Source: a virus
Taxonomy: Duplodnaviria > Caudoviricetes
DNA: 28,650 nt
Strand: one strand, 5' to 3'
IMG/VR virus record: IMGVR_UViG_3300032225_002032
Coordinates: 1 to 28,650 of that record
In this document: one piece after another, positions 1-10,070 of the stretch
Layout of the letters: the number at the start of each line of letters is the position of its first letter
Numbering within the stretch: position 1 is the stretch's first letter
Notes under the pieces: model-generated
What the model was told of the DNA's origin: nothing
What the model saw: the letters and a program-made list of their open reading frames with translations, nothing else
The model's database searches: none
Made by a program: the position numbers and the translations under genes

Positions 1-46
1 CCGTCGCGTGTTTTTGTGCGCAATTTCTGGGTAAAAGGGCAATCGT

Positions 47-478
47 ATGAAGCGCGGTCGCCGCGTGTCGCCGAAAACGGATGGGGCTCCGCTGCCGAGC
101 TCCTCGCCGCTGTTGTCGTCCGCTGAAAATTCCTGCTTGGCGTCGCTTGTGATCGATCTCAACCGCACGGGGTACGCCCAAGCCTGCGACCTTCAGGCCG
201 TTCTTCTGGCCGCTCGCCGCATGGCCCGCGTCCAGGAGATGGCCGCGCTGGTCAAGGCGCTCCCGGCGCTGACCATCACCGGGGGCAACGGGCAGGAGAT
301 GCTCCACCCGTTTTTGAATGAACGCCGAGCCGCCGAGCGTGACCTCGCCGATTCCCTCCGCGTCCTCAACCTGACCCCAGGGGCTCGCAAATCGGTGCGC
401 ACCGGAGCCCGGGAGGTGGCCCAGGCAACCAAACCCGCCGACCCGCTTCAGGCAAAAATTCTCAAGCTCATGCCCTGA
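47..478 (+). CDS. terS: Terminase small subunit (P27-like)
   Basis: Directly upstream of TerL; 'G..G....HP.L.....AE..L......LNLTPGARK' pattern typical of P27-family small terminases. Confidence 0.8.
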   Translation: MKRGRRVSPKTDGAPLPSSSPLLSSAENSCLASLVIDLNRTGYAQACDLQAVLLAARRMARVQEMAALVKALPALTITGGNGQEMLHPFLNERRAAERDLADSLRVLNLTPGARKSVRTGAREVAQATKPADPLQAKILKLMP

Positions 479-500
479 TCCGCCGGGGTAAATCCCCCGC

Positions 501-2027
501 ATGAAACCGTCCGCTGTTTTCGAGTTGTTCTGTAAGTCGCTCCTCTCCCATACCAAGGGGCCACTCGGTGGCCAGCCGCTGGTGCTTGATCGCTGGCAGA
601 TGCGCGACATCATCCGCCCGCTGCTCGACACCCGCCTGAAGGATGGCCGTCGCCAATACCGTCAGGCGCTGGTGATGCTCGGTCGCAAGAATGGCAAGAC
701 CACTCTGGCCTCGGCGCTCGCCCTTTACATGTTGTTCGCCGACCACGAACCGGGGGCCGAAATTTTGTCCGCCGCCTGCGACAGCGATCAGGCCGCTCTT
801 GCCTTCGACATCGCCAAGCAGATGGTCCTCCACTCTCCCGAGCTTTCCAAAAAGTGCAAGGTCTATCGCCGTCACATCGAGGCAAACCGTGGCGCTGTGT
901 ATAAGGTGATCGCCGCCGACGCCGCTGGCAACCTCGGCCACAACATTTCCACCCTGATCTTCGATGAGCTTCTTACGCAAAAAAACCGGGACCTGTACGA
1001 GTCGCTGGTGACCTCGATGGGCGCACGGGCCGAGCCGCTCGCATTCCTGATCAGCACCGCCGGTCACGACCGGGGGACGCTCTGTTACGAACTTTACAAC
1101 TACGCCAAGCAAGTCCGCGATGGCGTCGTCAGCGACCCGACCTTTTTGCCCGTGATTTATGAGGCTCCCCGGGAATTCGACTGGAAAAGCCCCGAGGCGT
1201 GGAAAGCTGCCAATCCTGGACTCGGAAAATGCGTAACGCTCGAATACCTCAAGGATACCTGCCAGACGGCGCAGCACAACCCGGCCCGTGAGCAATCGTT
1301 TCGCCAATACCATCTCAACCAATGGGTGGAATCCGCCGCCCGCTGGATCGCCACCGAATCCTGGAACTCTTGTGAATCACACCCGACCAACCTGGAGGAG
1401 GTGCCTTGTTACGCGGCGCTTGACCTCTCCTCCCGCACCGATCTAACCAGCTTCACCCTGGCCTTCCCCTTGGCCGGAGCCATCCACCTGAAAACTTTTG
1501 CCTGGACGACCTCCGCCATGTTGGCCAAACGCAACGACACCAACCGGATGCGCTACGACCAGTTTGCCCGAAGCGGAAATCTGGAGATTATTCCGGGCGA
1601 AATCATCGATTACGAGGTGGTGCTCAGGCGTATCGCCGAGATCTCCGAGGAATACAAGATAAGGGAGATCGCCGTAGACCCCTGGAACGCCGAATTTCTG
1701 ATGCAAAAACTCGAAAATCAGGGCTACATTGTCCGCGAATTCCGCCAGGGATTCCGTTCGATGTCGCCGCCGACCAAGGATTTCGAGGCCGCCGTGCTCC
1801 AAAAGCAGATTTCACATGATGGAAATCCGCTTTTGCGCTGGTGTGTTGATAATGTTGTGATTGAATTCGACGCCGCAGGCAACCAAAAGCCCAGTAAAAA
1901 GCGCTCCGTCGAGCGAATTGACGCCGCCGTTTCCTCGATTATGGCCTTCGCGCGGGCCCGAACCGCCGAGGCAACCGGGGTAAATGGAGAAAGTATTTAT
2001 GAACTCCAGGGACTAGAGGTGTTTTGA
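501..2027 (+). CDS. terL: Terminase large subunit
   Basis: Walker A GRKNGKT, Walker B LIFDEL, ISTAG coupling motif, nuclease motifs ALDLS..DLT, DPWN and RIDAAVS. Confidence 0.97.
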   Translation: MKPSAVFELFCKSLLSHTKGPLGGQPLVLDRWQMRDIIRPLLDTRLKDGRRQYRQALVMLGRKNGKTTLASALALYMLFADHEPGAEILSAACDSDQAALAFDIAKQMVLHSPELSKKCKVYRRHIEANRGAVYKVIAADAAGNLGHNISTLIFDELLTQKNRDLYESLVTSMGARAEPLAFLISTAGHDRGTLCYELYNYAKQVRDGVVSDPTFLPVIYEAPREFDWKSPEAWKAANPGLGKCVTLEYLKDTCQTAQHNPAREQSFRQYHLNQWVESAARWIATESWNSCESHPTNLEEVPCYAALDLSSRTDLTSFTLAFPLAGAIHLKTFAWTTSAMLAKRNDTNRMRYDQFARSGNLEIIPGEIIDYEVVLRRIAEISEEYKIREIAVDPWNAEFLMQKLENQGYIVREFRQGFRSMSPPTKDFEAAVLQKQISHDGNPLLRWCVDNVVIEFDAAGNQKPSKKRSVERIDAAVSSIMAFARARTAEATGVNGESIYELQGLEVF

Positions 2028-3340
2028 TGTCCGAATGGGTGCATTCCGCCGACACCATTGACCTCGAAACCCGCATGGGGAAGGTGAAACCATCGCCTGT
2101 TGGCCCGATCACGACCTCGGTTTTGACCGCGCCAAGCTCCACCGGCGTCACCGTTTCCGAATCTTCGGCCCTTGCCGTCTCCGCTGTGTTCGCCGCCGTA
2201 CGCGTAATCGCCGAGGCCATCGGTACATTGCCTCTCCATGTTTATCGCCGTGATGGTCAAAAGCGTTTTTTGGCTCCCGATCACCCCGCCTATCAAGTCC
2301 TCCACAGCCAGGCCAACCCCGAGGCTCCCGCCTCCGTTGCCCGCGTCGCTTTGGTGGCCAAAATGCTGCTTCATGGCAACAGCTTTGCCGAGATCGAGCG
2401 CGACCCGATGACGGGCGAGGTGGTCAACATCTGGCCTCTCACCTTCGCCCAGGTCGTCCCCTGGCGTGACCAAAACGGTTTTCTGTTTTATCGCTGCACG
2501 CCCTACATGGGCAACATCATCGATTTTGATCCTCAGGATATCCTGCATTTCCGGGGCTTTTCCCTAGATGGTCTGGTGGGTGTCTCGGTGATCCGGCAGG
2601 CCCGCGAATCGCTTGGCCTCAACATCAGCCTCGAACGCTATGGCGCAGGATTCTTTGGGCGTGGCGCTCGCCCCGGCGTCTTGCTCAAACACCCTGGCCG
2701 ATTATCCGATGATGCCCGCAAGCGCTTGCGCGAAGGCTGGGAGGCAATTCACGCCGGTGGCGAGAACAGCCACCGCACCGCCATCCTCGAAGAGGGAATG
2801 GAAGTCTCGACCGTCTCCGTTCCCAACGACGACGCGCAGTTTCTGGAGAGCCGCAAATTCGGCGTCGAGGAAATCGCCCGCTGGTTTGGCTTGCCGCTTT
2901 CCCGCCTTCGGGTCCAGGGCGCAACGGCGTTCAGCAACATCGAACAGGACGGGATTGACTTCGTGGTCAATACGCTGCGCCCACACCTGGTGCGCATGGA
3001 GCAGGAGATCTCGGTGAAGCTCTTTCCCCATGGCGACTATTACGCCGAGCACTCTGTCGAGGGGCTCCTGCGTGGTGACATCCAGACCCGGTACAACACC
3101 TACGCCATCGGTCGCAATAATGGTTGGCTCTCGGTCAACGATGTCCGCACCATGGAAGGGCAACCGCCCATCGAAGGCGGCGATACCTACATGCAGCCTT
3201 TGAACATGCAGACCATCAACCAGCAAACCAGCGGAACCCAGCTCCCGCCATCGACCCCACAATTTGGCCAGACCCCGCTTAGTGGATCTCCCAAGCCTCT
3301 GATTCCCGCCAACGATCCCAACCCCTACTCCGAATCGTAG
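2027..3340 (+). CDS. HK97-family portal protein
   Basis: AVFAAVRVIAEAIGTLPL, LLHGN, DILHFR, DAQFLESRKF, NGWLSVNDVR motifs; ATG overlaps the terL stop. Confidence 0.95.
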   Translation: MSEWVHSADTIDLETRMGKVKPSPVGPITTSVLTAPSSTGVTVSESSALAVSAVFAAVRVIAEAIGTLPLHVYRRDGQKRFLAPDHPAYQVLHSQANPEAPASVARVALVAKMLLHGNSFAEIERDPMTGEVVNIWPLTFAQVVPWRDQNGFLFYRCTPYMGNIIDFDPQDILHFRGFSLDGLVGVSVIRQARESLGLNISLERYGAGFFGRGARPGVLLKHPGRLSDDARKRLREGWEAIHAGGENSHRTAILEEGMEVSTVSVPNDDAQFLESRKFGVEEIARWFGLPLSRLRVQGATAFSNIEQDGIDFVVNTLRPHLVRMEQEISVKLFPHGDYYAEHSVEGLLRGDIQTRYNTYAIGRNNGWLSVNDVRTMEGQPPIEGGDTYMQPLNMQTINQQTSGTQLPPSTPQFGQTPLSGSPKPLIPANDPNPYSES

Positions 3341-3417
3341 GCCAATGCGGACATTTTCCCTGTCCGCGATCCCTGTAATCGATTTCCGCTCGTGTACCTC
3401 CCCACCAAGGAGGACCT

Positions 3418-3984
3418 ATGACCGAGCGGCGCACCATTCTAATCCACGAACTCCGGGCCGATCCGCAATCGCGGCAAATCACCGGGATCGCCGCGCCCTA
3501 CGGTGTCCTTTCCGCCGACCTGGGCGGTTTCCGCGAACAGATTGACCCCAACGCCTTCACCCGCTCGCTTGCCGAGCGCTCGAATATCCTCGCCTATTAC
3601 AACCACGATTCGTCCCTTGTTCTCGGTTCGACCCGCTCCGGGTCGCTCTCCCTGGCATCCGTTCCCGCTGGTCTTTCGTTTCGCCTCGATCTCCCCGACA
3701 CCAGCTACGCCCGCGACCTGATCACGCTGATGGAACGCGGCGATGTGTCGCAGATGAGTTTTGGTTTTGTCACCCGAAAGCAAACCTGGGACGAGCCCGC
3801 GCCGGGCGAAAGCGTCCGGGTCCGAACCCTCCTTGATGTCGATCTGATGGAAATTTCCGTCGTCGCCGATCCCGCATATCCGCAAGGGACCGAGGCCGCC
3901 CTCCGTTCCCTCATAAGCCACCGAGCCCGTCAGGCCGTGGAGCGCGCCAAGCGCTTGTTTTCTTTCGCCACTCGACGGGCCTAA
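3418..3984 (+). CDS. HK97-family prohead protease
   Basis: FREQIDPNAF, YNHD, GL.F, MSFGF, EISVV..PAY motifs; SD AGGAGG. Confidence 0.95.
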   Translation: MTERRTILIHELRADPQSRQITGIAAPYGVLSADLGGFREQIDPNAFTRSLAERSNILAYYNHDSSLVLGSTRSGSLSLASVPAGLSFRLDLPDTSYARDLITLMERGDVSQMSFGFVTRKQTWDEPAPGESVRVRTLLDVDLMEISVVADPAYPQGTEAALRSLISHRARQAVERAKRLFSFATRRA

Positions 3985-4001
3985 AGCCCAAAGGAAAATC
4001 C

Positions 4002-5363
4002 ATGGAAACGATCAAGAAGCTCAAAGAACAGCGCTCGGCGCTGATGACCCAATGGTCTGGTCTTTTAAAGACCGCCGAAATTCGCGAATGGAGCCCCGAA
4101 GAGGCGCAATTGGTCGCCCAGCTCCAGGCCAAGGTTGACGACCTCGACAAGCGCGTTGCCGCTTGCGAGGCCTATGTCAACGCCGACCCTGAAAAAGATC
4201 AAAAGGCAATCGATGACGCGCAGGAAACCAACGCCAACGCGCCCGATGATGCCGAAATGAAAGAGGAAAAGAAACGGAGCTCGCAGGCGTCCCGCTCGGC
4301 CTTCGCTTCTCGCCGTGCGATGCCCGCCCCCGGCTTTGTTTCTGACTATAACGATCGCCAACGCACCCGTGACAAAAACCTCGCCCTTCGTGGTTTCCTG
4401 TTGGGCAACGATGCGACCAACGAACAACGCGCCGCCGCCGAGCGAACCGGCCTCAACCTCCAAAGCCGCTCGCTGACGATCCCTTTAAGCGCTTATCAAA
4501 TCGAAGAGCGCGACAACACCAGCTCCGGTTCTGCTGGTGGTTACACCATCCCCCAAGGGTTTTTGGCCGAGCTCAACATCCGCCGCGCCCTGTTTAATCC
4601 GATGCGTGAGCACGCCCGGGTGATTCAGACCGAAACCGGCAACCCGCTCCCTCTGCCCACCGTGGACGATACCAGCGTTACCGGATCTCTGGTGTCTGAA
4701 GCCTCGGCCAGCTCGGCGAGCGATGTCACCTTCGGCCAGGTAACGCTCAACAGCTATACCTACCGGACGCTGATCAAAGCCTCCAACGAGCTTCTCCGGG
4801 ACACCGGCATCGACATTCAAGCCTACCTCGCCCAGCTCATGGGTGACAGGATTGGCCGCTCGGAATCGGCGGCATTTGCCACCGGCACCGGATCAAGCCA
4901 GCCCCAGGGCTTTGTGACCGGGGCTTCCGCTGGTGTCACCGCAGCCTCGGCCACGGCGATCACCATCAACGAAGTGGTTGGCCTCATCAACAGCCTTGAT
5001 GCCGCCTACCATCCCAACGCCAAATTTGCGATGCACCAAAGCGTATGGTATTACCTCTTAAAGCTCCAGGATTCTTTGGGACGCAACCTGATCCCGATGA
5101 ACTACGCCGATCCCACCGATCGGCGTTTGATGGGCTTCCCCGTTATCCTCAACAACTCGATGGCAAGCTCGGTCGCCACGACCGCCAAGACCATCGCCTT
5201 CGGCGACTTCGAACAATTTTATATCCGCGATGCCGGTCCTTTGGAAATCCGCCGCCTCGATGAGCGGTACGCGGACGCATACGAAACCGGCTTCCTCGCC
5301 GTTGGTCGTCGCGACTCCAAAGTAGTCCAGACTCAGGCGATCAAGCTTCTGCAACAGGCGTAA
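4002..5363 (+). CDS. HK97-fold major capsid protein with N-terminal coiled-coil delta domain
   Basis: GGYTIP, SNELLRD, GTGSSQPQG, LKLQDSLGR, GDF motifs; position after the protease. Confidence 0.95.
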   Translation: METIKKLKEQRSALMTQWSGLLKTAEIREWSPEEAQLVAQLQAKVDDLDKRVAACEAYVNADPEKDQKAIDDAQETNANAPDDAEMKEEKKRSSQASRSAFASRRAMPAPGFVSDYNDRQRTRDKNLALRGFLLGNDATNEQRAAAERTGLNLQSRSLTIPLSAYQIEERDNTSSGSAGGYTIPQGFLAELNIRRALFNPMREHARVIQTETGNPLPLPTVDDTSVTGSLVSEASASSASDVTFGQVTLNSYTYRTLIKASNELLRDTGIDIQAYLAQLMGDRIGRSESAAFATGTGSSQPQGFVTGASAGVTAASATAITINEVVGLINSLDAAYHPNAKFAMHQSVWYYLLKLQDSLGRNLIPMNYADPTDRRLMGFPVILNNSMASSVATTAKTIAFGDFEQFYIRDAGPLEIRRLDERYADAYETGFLAVGRRDSKVVQTQAIKLLQQA

Positions 5364-5389
5364 ACCTGACTGTCGTCGCTCCCCTTTGG

Positions 5390-5441
5390 GCCCGCTCTCC
5401 TTCTTTGGCGGGCGGGCCCAATTCTTTGATTTCCTTTGATT
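5390..5441 (+). terminator. Possible intrinsic terminator after the capsid gene
   Basis: GCCCGC/GCGGGC stem followed by a T-rich tract; imperfect. Confidence 0.4.
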
Positions 5442-5470
5442 TGCAAATGTTCCTTACACGAGGTTTGAAA

Positions 5471-5677
5471 ATGGCTGATCTATTTTTGGTTAGACAAGGC
5501 ATGGTCGGGGACAACTTTGTCCACAAGCCCGGCGATGTCATCGAGTGGCCCGCCGTCGGCGAAATCCCGGCTTTGCTTGAGGCGGGAATCCTTGAAATCC
5601 ATCAGGCCGAGCCACCCGCCGTCGCCAAGGTCGAAACCCCCGAAGCTCCCAAATCCAAAAAGAAGGAATCCCGCTAA
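5471..5677 (+). CDS. Small hypothetical virion protein
   Basis: SD GAGG, ATG 5471; stop overlaps the next ATG; typical post-capsid small gene. Confidence 0.7.
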   Translation: MADLFLVRQGMVGDNFVHKPGDVIEWPAVGEIPALLEAGILEIHQAEPPAVAKVETPEAPKSKKKESR

Positions 5678-6210
5678 TGGCACTCCCCACCCTGGCCGAG
5701 GTCAAGCTTCACCTCAGGGTGGATCACACCTATGAGGACTCTTTGATCACGACGATCCTTAACGGATCGATCGACCTATTCGAAAAGCACACGCGCCGCA
5801 TCCTAAGCGAGCAAACCCTGACGCACAAACTTGACACCCTGCCCAAACAGATTATTCTCCCCCGTGGGCCGGTGACGGGTGTCACCTCGGTGACCGTGCG
5901 CACCACGACCAGCACCGAGACGATCAGTTCCGCCAACTATCTGACTTTTTTTGGCCAATCCGAAACCAGGCCCCAGGTCTATTTCAAGGACAATGTCGTT
6001 TTGCCCGCCCCCGATGGCTACCCGTACTCGGTGACGGTGACCTATACCGCCGCCACGACCACGATTCCCGCCTCGATCAACCAGGCGATTCTCCTCATGT
6101 GCGCCCATTGGTACGAAAACCGGGCCCAGGTCGGGCCGACCGGAGGCGGTGAGGTGCCCTTTGCCTTTGAGGCGATCGCCAACAAATACATTTGGGGAGC
6201 CTATTCATGA
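5677..6210 (+). CDS. Head-tail connector (HK97 gp6-like)
   Basis: TLAEVKLHLRVD...ED.LI and QAILLMCAHWYENR motifs. Confidence 0.92.
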   Translation: MALPTLAEVKLHLRVDHTYEDSLITTILNGSIDLFEKHTRRILSEQTLTHKLDTLPKQIILPRGPVTGVTSVTVRTTTSTETISSANYLTFFGQSETRPQVYFKDNVVLPAPDGYPYSVTVTYTAATTTIPASINQAILLMCAHWYENRAQVGPTGGGEVPFAFEAIANKYIWGAYS

Positions 6211-6551
6211 AAATTGGCGACCTCAAAAGGCGCATGGAGCTACAGGCACCCTCCAGCTTTATTGATGATCTGGGCCAACCGGTCCGGACCTGGACCACTT
6301 ACGCCACGATCTGGGCCCAGATTTCGCCTATTTCGGTGGCAGAAGGCCTTTTTGGAAGCCAGCTCAAAGGCCTTGAGACCCATTCGATCCTGATTCGTTG
6401 GCGTGATGATGTAAGGATCAACCACCGGATGATCTACGATGGCCGTTATTTTGAGATTTCGAGCGTGCGAAACCTCGATGAAAACCGGCAAGCGATGGCC
6501 ATCGCCGCGACCGAATGGCTCGAAAGCCCAAGTGGCGTGGTGGCGACATGA
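6207..6551 (+). CDS. Head closure / head-tail adaptor (SPP1 gp16-like)
   Basis: GDLKRRMELQ, DDLGQ...W..YATIWA, IRWRDDV, R.IYDGRYFEI. Confidence 0.9.
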   Translation: MKIGDLKRRMELQAPSSFIDDLGQPVRTWTTYATIWAQISPISVAEGLFGSQLKGLETHSILIRWRDDVRINHRMIYDGRYFEISSVRNLDENRQAMAIAATEWLESPSGVVAT

Positions 6552-7288
6552 TCAAGGTTTATGTCGATCGGATTCAAAAGGAAATTGCCGAGGATATCGC
6601 CAGGTTTGGCGAGATCCTGAAAGCCGCCGACACCAAAAAGGCGTTGGCCGGAGCGCTTTATCAGGGCGGCAAACTGATCGCATCGGCTGCCAAAAAGCTT
6701 GCTCCCAAAGGCGGGCGAAAAGTCAAAGGATCCCAAAAGACCTACGGCAAGTCCGGTTTGCTTCGTCGCAGCTATACGACCCGAAAAGGCGTTTCCAAAA
6801 AAGGCGCGGGCGAACCCTATGCCATCGTTGGTCCTTCGCGCACGGTCAAGGAAACGGTCCGGCGTGGCAAGCGGAACATGGATGTCAAGCCCTCCAACTA
6901 CGCGCATCTCGTCGAGTTTGGCTTCAATGCGCATCATCGCGTCCCGCTGGTCTCTGGTCGCAATCACGAAAGCCTGGTCAAAAAGGGCGTGCTGTGGCAA
7001 GGATCGACTTTGCAAAAATACATGAAGCGAAAAGAAATTGACATAACCAAATTAAGCCAGGGAAAACAGATCCGGGCCAAAGCGTTTATCGGATCGGCTG
7101 GTCAGGGATCGAGTCGGGTTCCGCCCCAACACATCGTCCAGCGCGCCTACCAACAGACCATGAGCGCCGCCGCCCAAGCCATCACGGGCGGCATCAAAAT
7201 CCAAATGGACAAGGCGATTGAACGAGCTCACCAACGCGCCATGAAAAAATACAACGCCCACGCCTCAGGAAGCCGAGGAATTCGCTAA
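6548..7288 (+). CDS. HK97 gp10-like neck/tail protein with a basic insertion
   Basis: AKKLAP...SGLLRRS and YAHLVEFG motifs; synteny. Confidence 0.75.
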   Translation: MIKVYVDRIQKEIAEDIARFGEILKAADTKKALAGALYQGGKLIASAAKKLAPKGGRKVKGSQKTYGKSGLLRRSYTTRKGVSKKGAGEPYAIVGPSRTVKETVRRGKRNMDVKPSNYAHLVEFGFNAHHRVPLVSGRNHESLVKKGVLWQGSTLQKYMKRKEIDITKLSQGKQIRAKAFIGSAGQGSSRVPPQHIVQRAYQQTMSAAAQAITGGIKIQMDKAIERAHQRAMKKYNAHASGSRGIR

Positions 7289-7707
7289 TGTCCATCCCCT
7301 TTGCCCGCATCGTCCGTTCGCTCCTTGTGGCCGATCCTGCCGTGCGTGCGGCGCTTCCGGGTGGCATCCACCCCGACCAAATCCCCCAGGAGGCCGAGCT
7401 CCCCGCCGCCGCCTGGCAGGTATCGTCCGAGCCGTTCCAATCGCTCTCCTCGGCTTCGGGCCTGTCCCGAATCGGATTCGCGACGCTGACCCTGACCGGC
7501 ATCGCCCGCACCAGCACGCAAAGCGAAGCGATTGACAAGGCGATCCGCGCGGTGATCGAGGCCAACCGCTCACAGGTGGTGCAGGGCGCATCCGAGATTC
7601 ACCGCCTCCAATACTCCGGGATTCAGTTTGACAATGAATTTCTGGCCGATGGCGATGATGAGAGCTATCGCCGGGTGCAGATGACGATCACCGGCTTTTG
7701 CAAGTAA
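7288..7707 (+). CDS. Tail completion/terminator protein (DUF3168-like)
   Basis: LVADPAVRAAL.G.IHPD..PQ..LPA N-terminus; synteny. Confidence 0.75.
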   Translation: MSIPFARIVRSLLVADPAVRAALPGGIHPDQIPQEAELPAAAWQVSSEPFQSLSSASGLSRIGFATLTLTGIARTSTQSEAIDKAIRAVIEANRSQVVQGASEIHRLQYSGIQFDNEFLADGDDESYRRVQMTITGFCK

Positions 7708-7749
7708 TTTGGTCCATTCTGGGTATCTAAATTTCAAGGAGATTTCGCC

Positions 7750-8166
7750 ATGCCATCCGCCCCCGCCGCTTCGCCGCATCTGATTACCTCGCTCACCGTG
7801 GGAGGCGAGGCGATCGATGACCCCTTTGACATCGATGGCGGTGGCGCGTCCCTGGTGAAGATCACCTACGGATCACTCGTTCGGGGACAAAAGTACTCGG
7901 TTGTGGGGATCAAGGAGTACGAGGACGTCACTTTTACGGCCAAATACATCAAGGTTGAATACAACCTGATGGTGACCAAGCGCGACGCCAAGGCGGAAAT
8001 CACCCTGATCGTGGTTTATCCCGCTCCCATTGGTGGCGCCGACACCGAAACCCACACCTACACCGGCTTCATCCAGAAGGTCATAAAAGAAAAAATCACT
8101 CAAGGGTCTTCGGATGTCCAGGCGTATACGGTCACCTTTGTCGTCAACGACATCACCATCACCTAA
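7750..8166 (+). CDS. Putative major tail tube protein
   Basis: 138 aa, beta-rich, SD AAGGAG, between the tail terminator and the chaperone. Confidence 0.65.
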   Translation: MPSAPAASPHLITSLTVGGEAIDDPFDIDGGGASLVKITYGSLVRGQKYSVVGIKEYEDVTFTAKYIKVEYNLMVTKRDAKAEITLIVVYPAPIGGADTETHTYTGFIQKVIKEKITQGSSDVQAYTVTFVVNDITIT

Positions 8167-8186
8167 TTCCCTAGCCAAAGGTTTTT

Positions 8187-8555
8187 ATGTTTGAACTTTC
8201 CGATCCCGTATCCGTCGTCATCGAGGGTTTACGGGATCCAATCTATTTGCGTGGCTGGCCGCTGGGCAAGCTTTCGGCCATGTACGAGTGCATCGGTCGC
8301 ATCAGCGAACCGACGACGCAGGCCGAAGCCGTGCGCACCATGCTGGCCGGTTCGCTCTGTCGGCCCACCGGCGAGGACCTAAGCGTGGGCGACATCGCCG
8401 CGCTCAATTCGGTCCCGCTTCCGGTTTGCATGAGGATCGCCCAGGAGGTCCTCAAGGTCAACGGGTTGACCTCCGGAGCGGTCGAGGCCGCAAAAAAAAA
8501 TTCAGCAGACCCGAACAGCGAGCCCTCTACCAGCTCGCCGCCACCCTCGGCCTGA
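8187..8555 (+). CDS. Tail assembly chaperone (gpG-like)
   Basis: Between tail tube and tape measure; ends near slippery GCAAAAAAAAAT (EAAKKN). Confidence 0.8.
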   Translation: MFELSDPVSVVIEGLRDPIYLRGWPLGKLSAMYECIGRISEPTTQAEAVRTMLAGSLCRPTGEDLSVGDIAALNSVPLPVCMRIAQEVLKVNGLTSGAVEAAKKNSADPNSEPSTSSPPPSA

Positions 8556-8818
8556 CGGTCGCCGAGATCTGCCAAAGGATGAGCTTCGCGGAGTTTTCCG
8601 AGTGGCTTGTCCTGCTGGGTATCGAGCCCTGGGGACCGTATCGGGAGGACTGCCTTTCGGCCTTAAGCCGTCACGCGACGCTTTCCCCCTGGTCAAAAGA
8701 CACAATCAAGATCTCTGAACTGATTCCCAAATGGGGCGTCGAGTACGACCCCCGGGCACGGTGGCAGGAAAAGGCCCGCCTGTTAGGCGAGAAAGCGAGG
8801 GCGGCTCTCGATGGCTAA
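8492..8818 (+). CDS. Tail assembly chaperone -1 frameshift extension (gpT-like)
   Basis: A9 run at 8492-8500; -1 frame reads KKFSRPEQRALYQLAATLGLTVAEICQRMSFAEFSEW...EPWG, typical of gpT. Confidence 0.8.
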   Translation, partial: KKKFSRPEQRALYQLAATLGLTVAEICQRMSFAEFSEWLVLLGIEPWGPYREDCLSALSRHATLSPWSKDTIKISELIPKWGVEYDPRARWQEKARLLGEKARAALDG

Positions 8819-10049
8819 ACAGTCAATTGCCAATCCGGTCGTATCGCTTGGTCTCGATTCCTCGGGCCTCAAGTCGGGCATCGCCTCCTCGATGGGCGAT
8901 GTCAAAAATGTCGGATCGAAAATCGGTCAAAGCCTGAAATCCGCAATCGGCACCCCGCTCTCTCTGGCCGGATCCGCCGCCGCCATGGCCGTTCCGCTCA
9001 ACGCGGCTTTGAACATCGCCAACATGGCGGCCAGCGCGGCCAAGTCGGTCCTGACCGCGCCGGTCAACGCGCTGATGAGTCGGGAAGCTTTCCAGGCTGA
9101 ACAGAATGGTATGCCAATTCTGACCAGTAGTGACACCGGTTTTACTGGGGTTTTTGCTCGATTGTATTCGCAATGGGAAGATCTGCTGGCCGACATGATG
9201 GTTGCTCTGGAAAACGCTATCGACTTTCGTTCCTGGATTGAATACATTCGCGGAATGATGGTCGGAGCGAAAGCGCTTTTGGCTGCAATCTTTGGCCCGC
9301 TGGAAAACCTCAAGAAAGATCCTCAAGCTCTTGCAAATAGTGTGCGGGCAGGGGCTGAATTGACTATTAATCTTTTTGATGGCGTCGCGAAAATCTCTTT
9401 GGAAATCTACAACACTTTCGTTGACATTGTCAAATTGATTCGCAACATCCCGGGGTTGGGCCAAGAATTCGACGAAAAGGACGAGGCCAAGATTAATAAA
9501 TGGTTGAATGATCCCCGCAATCAGGTTTTTGTGCCGGATGCTGGATTGATGGGAGGCAGGCCAGGGGGCCAAGCTCTTGGTATGCAGGTTCCTGCGGGCA
9601 ATTGGATTAAACAAGGCCGTGACGAGGCTATCAAAGCTTTGGGCCTCAATGATAATGGGCCGCAAAGAATCGCAGCCGATGGAATTGATAAAATTGTCAG
9701 GGCCGCGCGCGAAAACCTCAACAACATGTTTAAGAACAATCCTTTGGCCGCTCCGCCAAAAGATCGGGCCCAGAGCGCAGCGAACGCGGCAGGCGTGCTT
9801 ATTCCCCTAATGGAGCGGATGGCACAATCGAGGCTTTCCTCGGCGCTCACCTCGGATTCGACCGCCCTGGTCGAAGCCGTCACGCGGGCCTCGGTTACCG
9901 GTCCTGGTCAGGACCTCCAACAGCGTGTTGCCATGGCCGCCGAGGAAAATGTTCGGATTGCCAGAGAAACCAAATCCATTCAGGAAAGAATCCTGAGTGC
10001 CTACGAAAATTCTCCCGCCTACAAAAACAACCCCGACATTAGCATCTGA
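8811..10049 (+). CDS. Short tape measure protein
   Basis: Follows the G/GT chaperone; N-terminal 'VVSLGLDSSGLKSGI'; Ala-rich helical. Confidence 0.7.
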   Translation: MAKQSIANPVVSLGLDSSGLKSGIASSMGDVKNVGSKIGQSLKSAIGTPLSLAGSAAAMAVPLNAALNIANMAASAAKSVLTAPVNALMSREAFQAEQNGMPILTSSDTGFTGVFARLYSQWEDLLADMMVALENAIDFRSWIEYIRGMMVGAKALLAAIFGPLENLKKDPQALANSVRAGAELTINLFDGVAKISLEIYNTFVDIVKLIRNIPGLGQEFDEKDEAKINKWLNDPRNQVFVPDAGLMGGRPGGQALGMQVPAGNWIKQGRDEAIKALGLNDNGPQRIAADGIDKIVRAARENLNNMFKNNPLAAPPKDRAQSAANAAGVLIPLMERMAQSRLSSALTSDSTALVEAVTRASVTGPGQDLQQRVAMAAEENVRIARETKSIQERILSAYENSPAYKNNPDISI

Positions 10050-10070
10050 TCCAGAGGGTATTTTCCTTCC

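Noticed and set aside
468-1322. Long minus-strand ORFs (also 18175-18999, 21700-22860, 24945-25646)
   Set aside because: Antisense shadows of well-supported genes in GC-rich DNA
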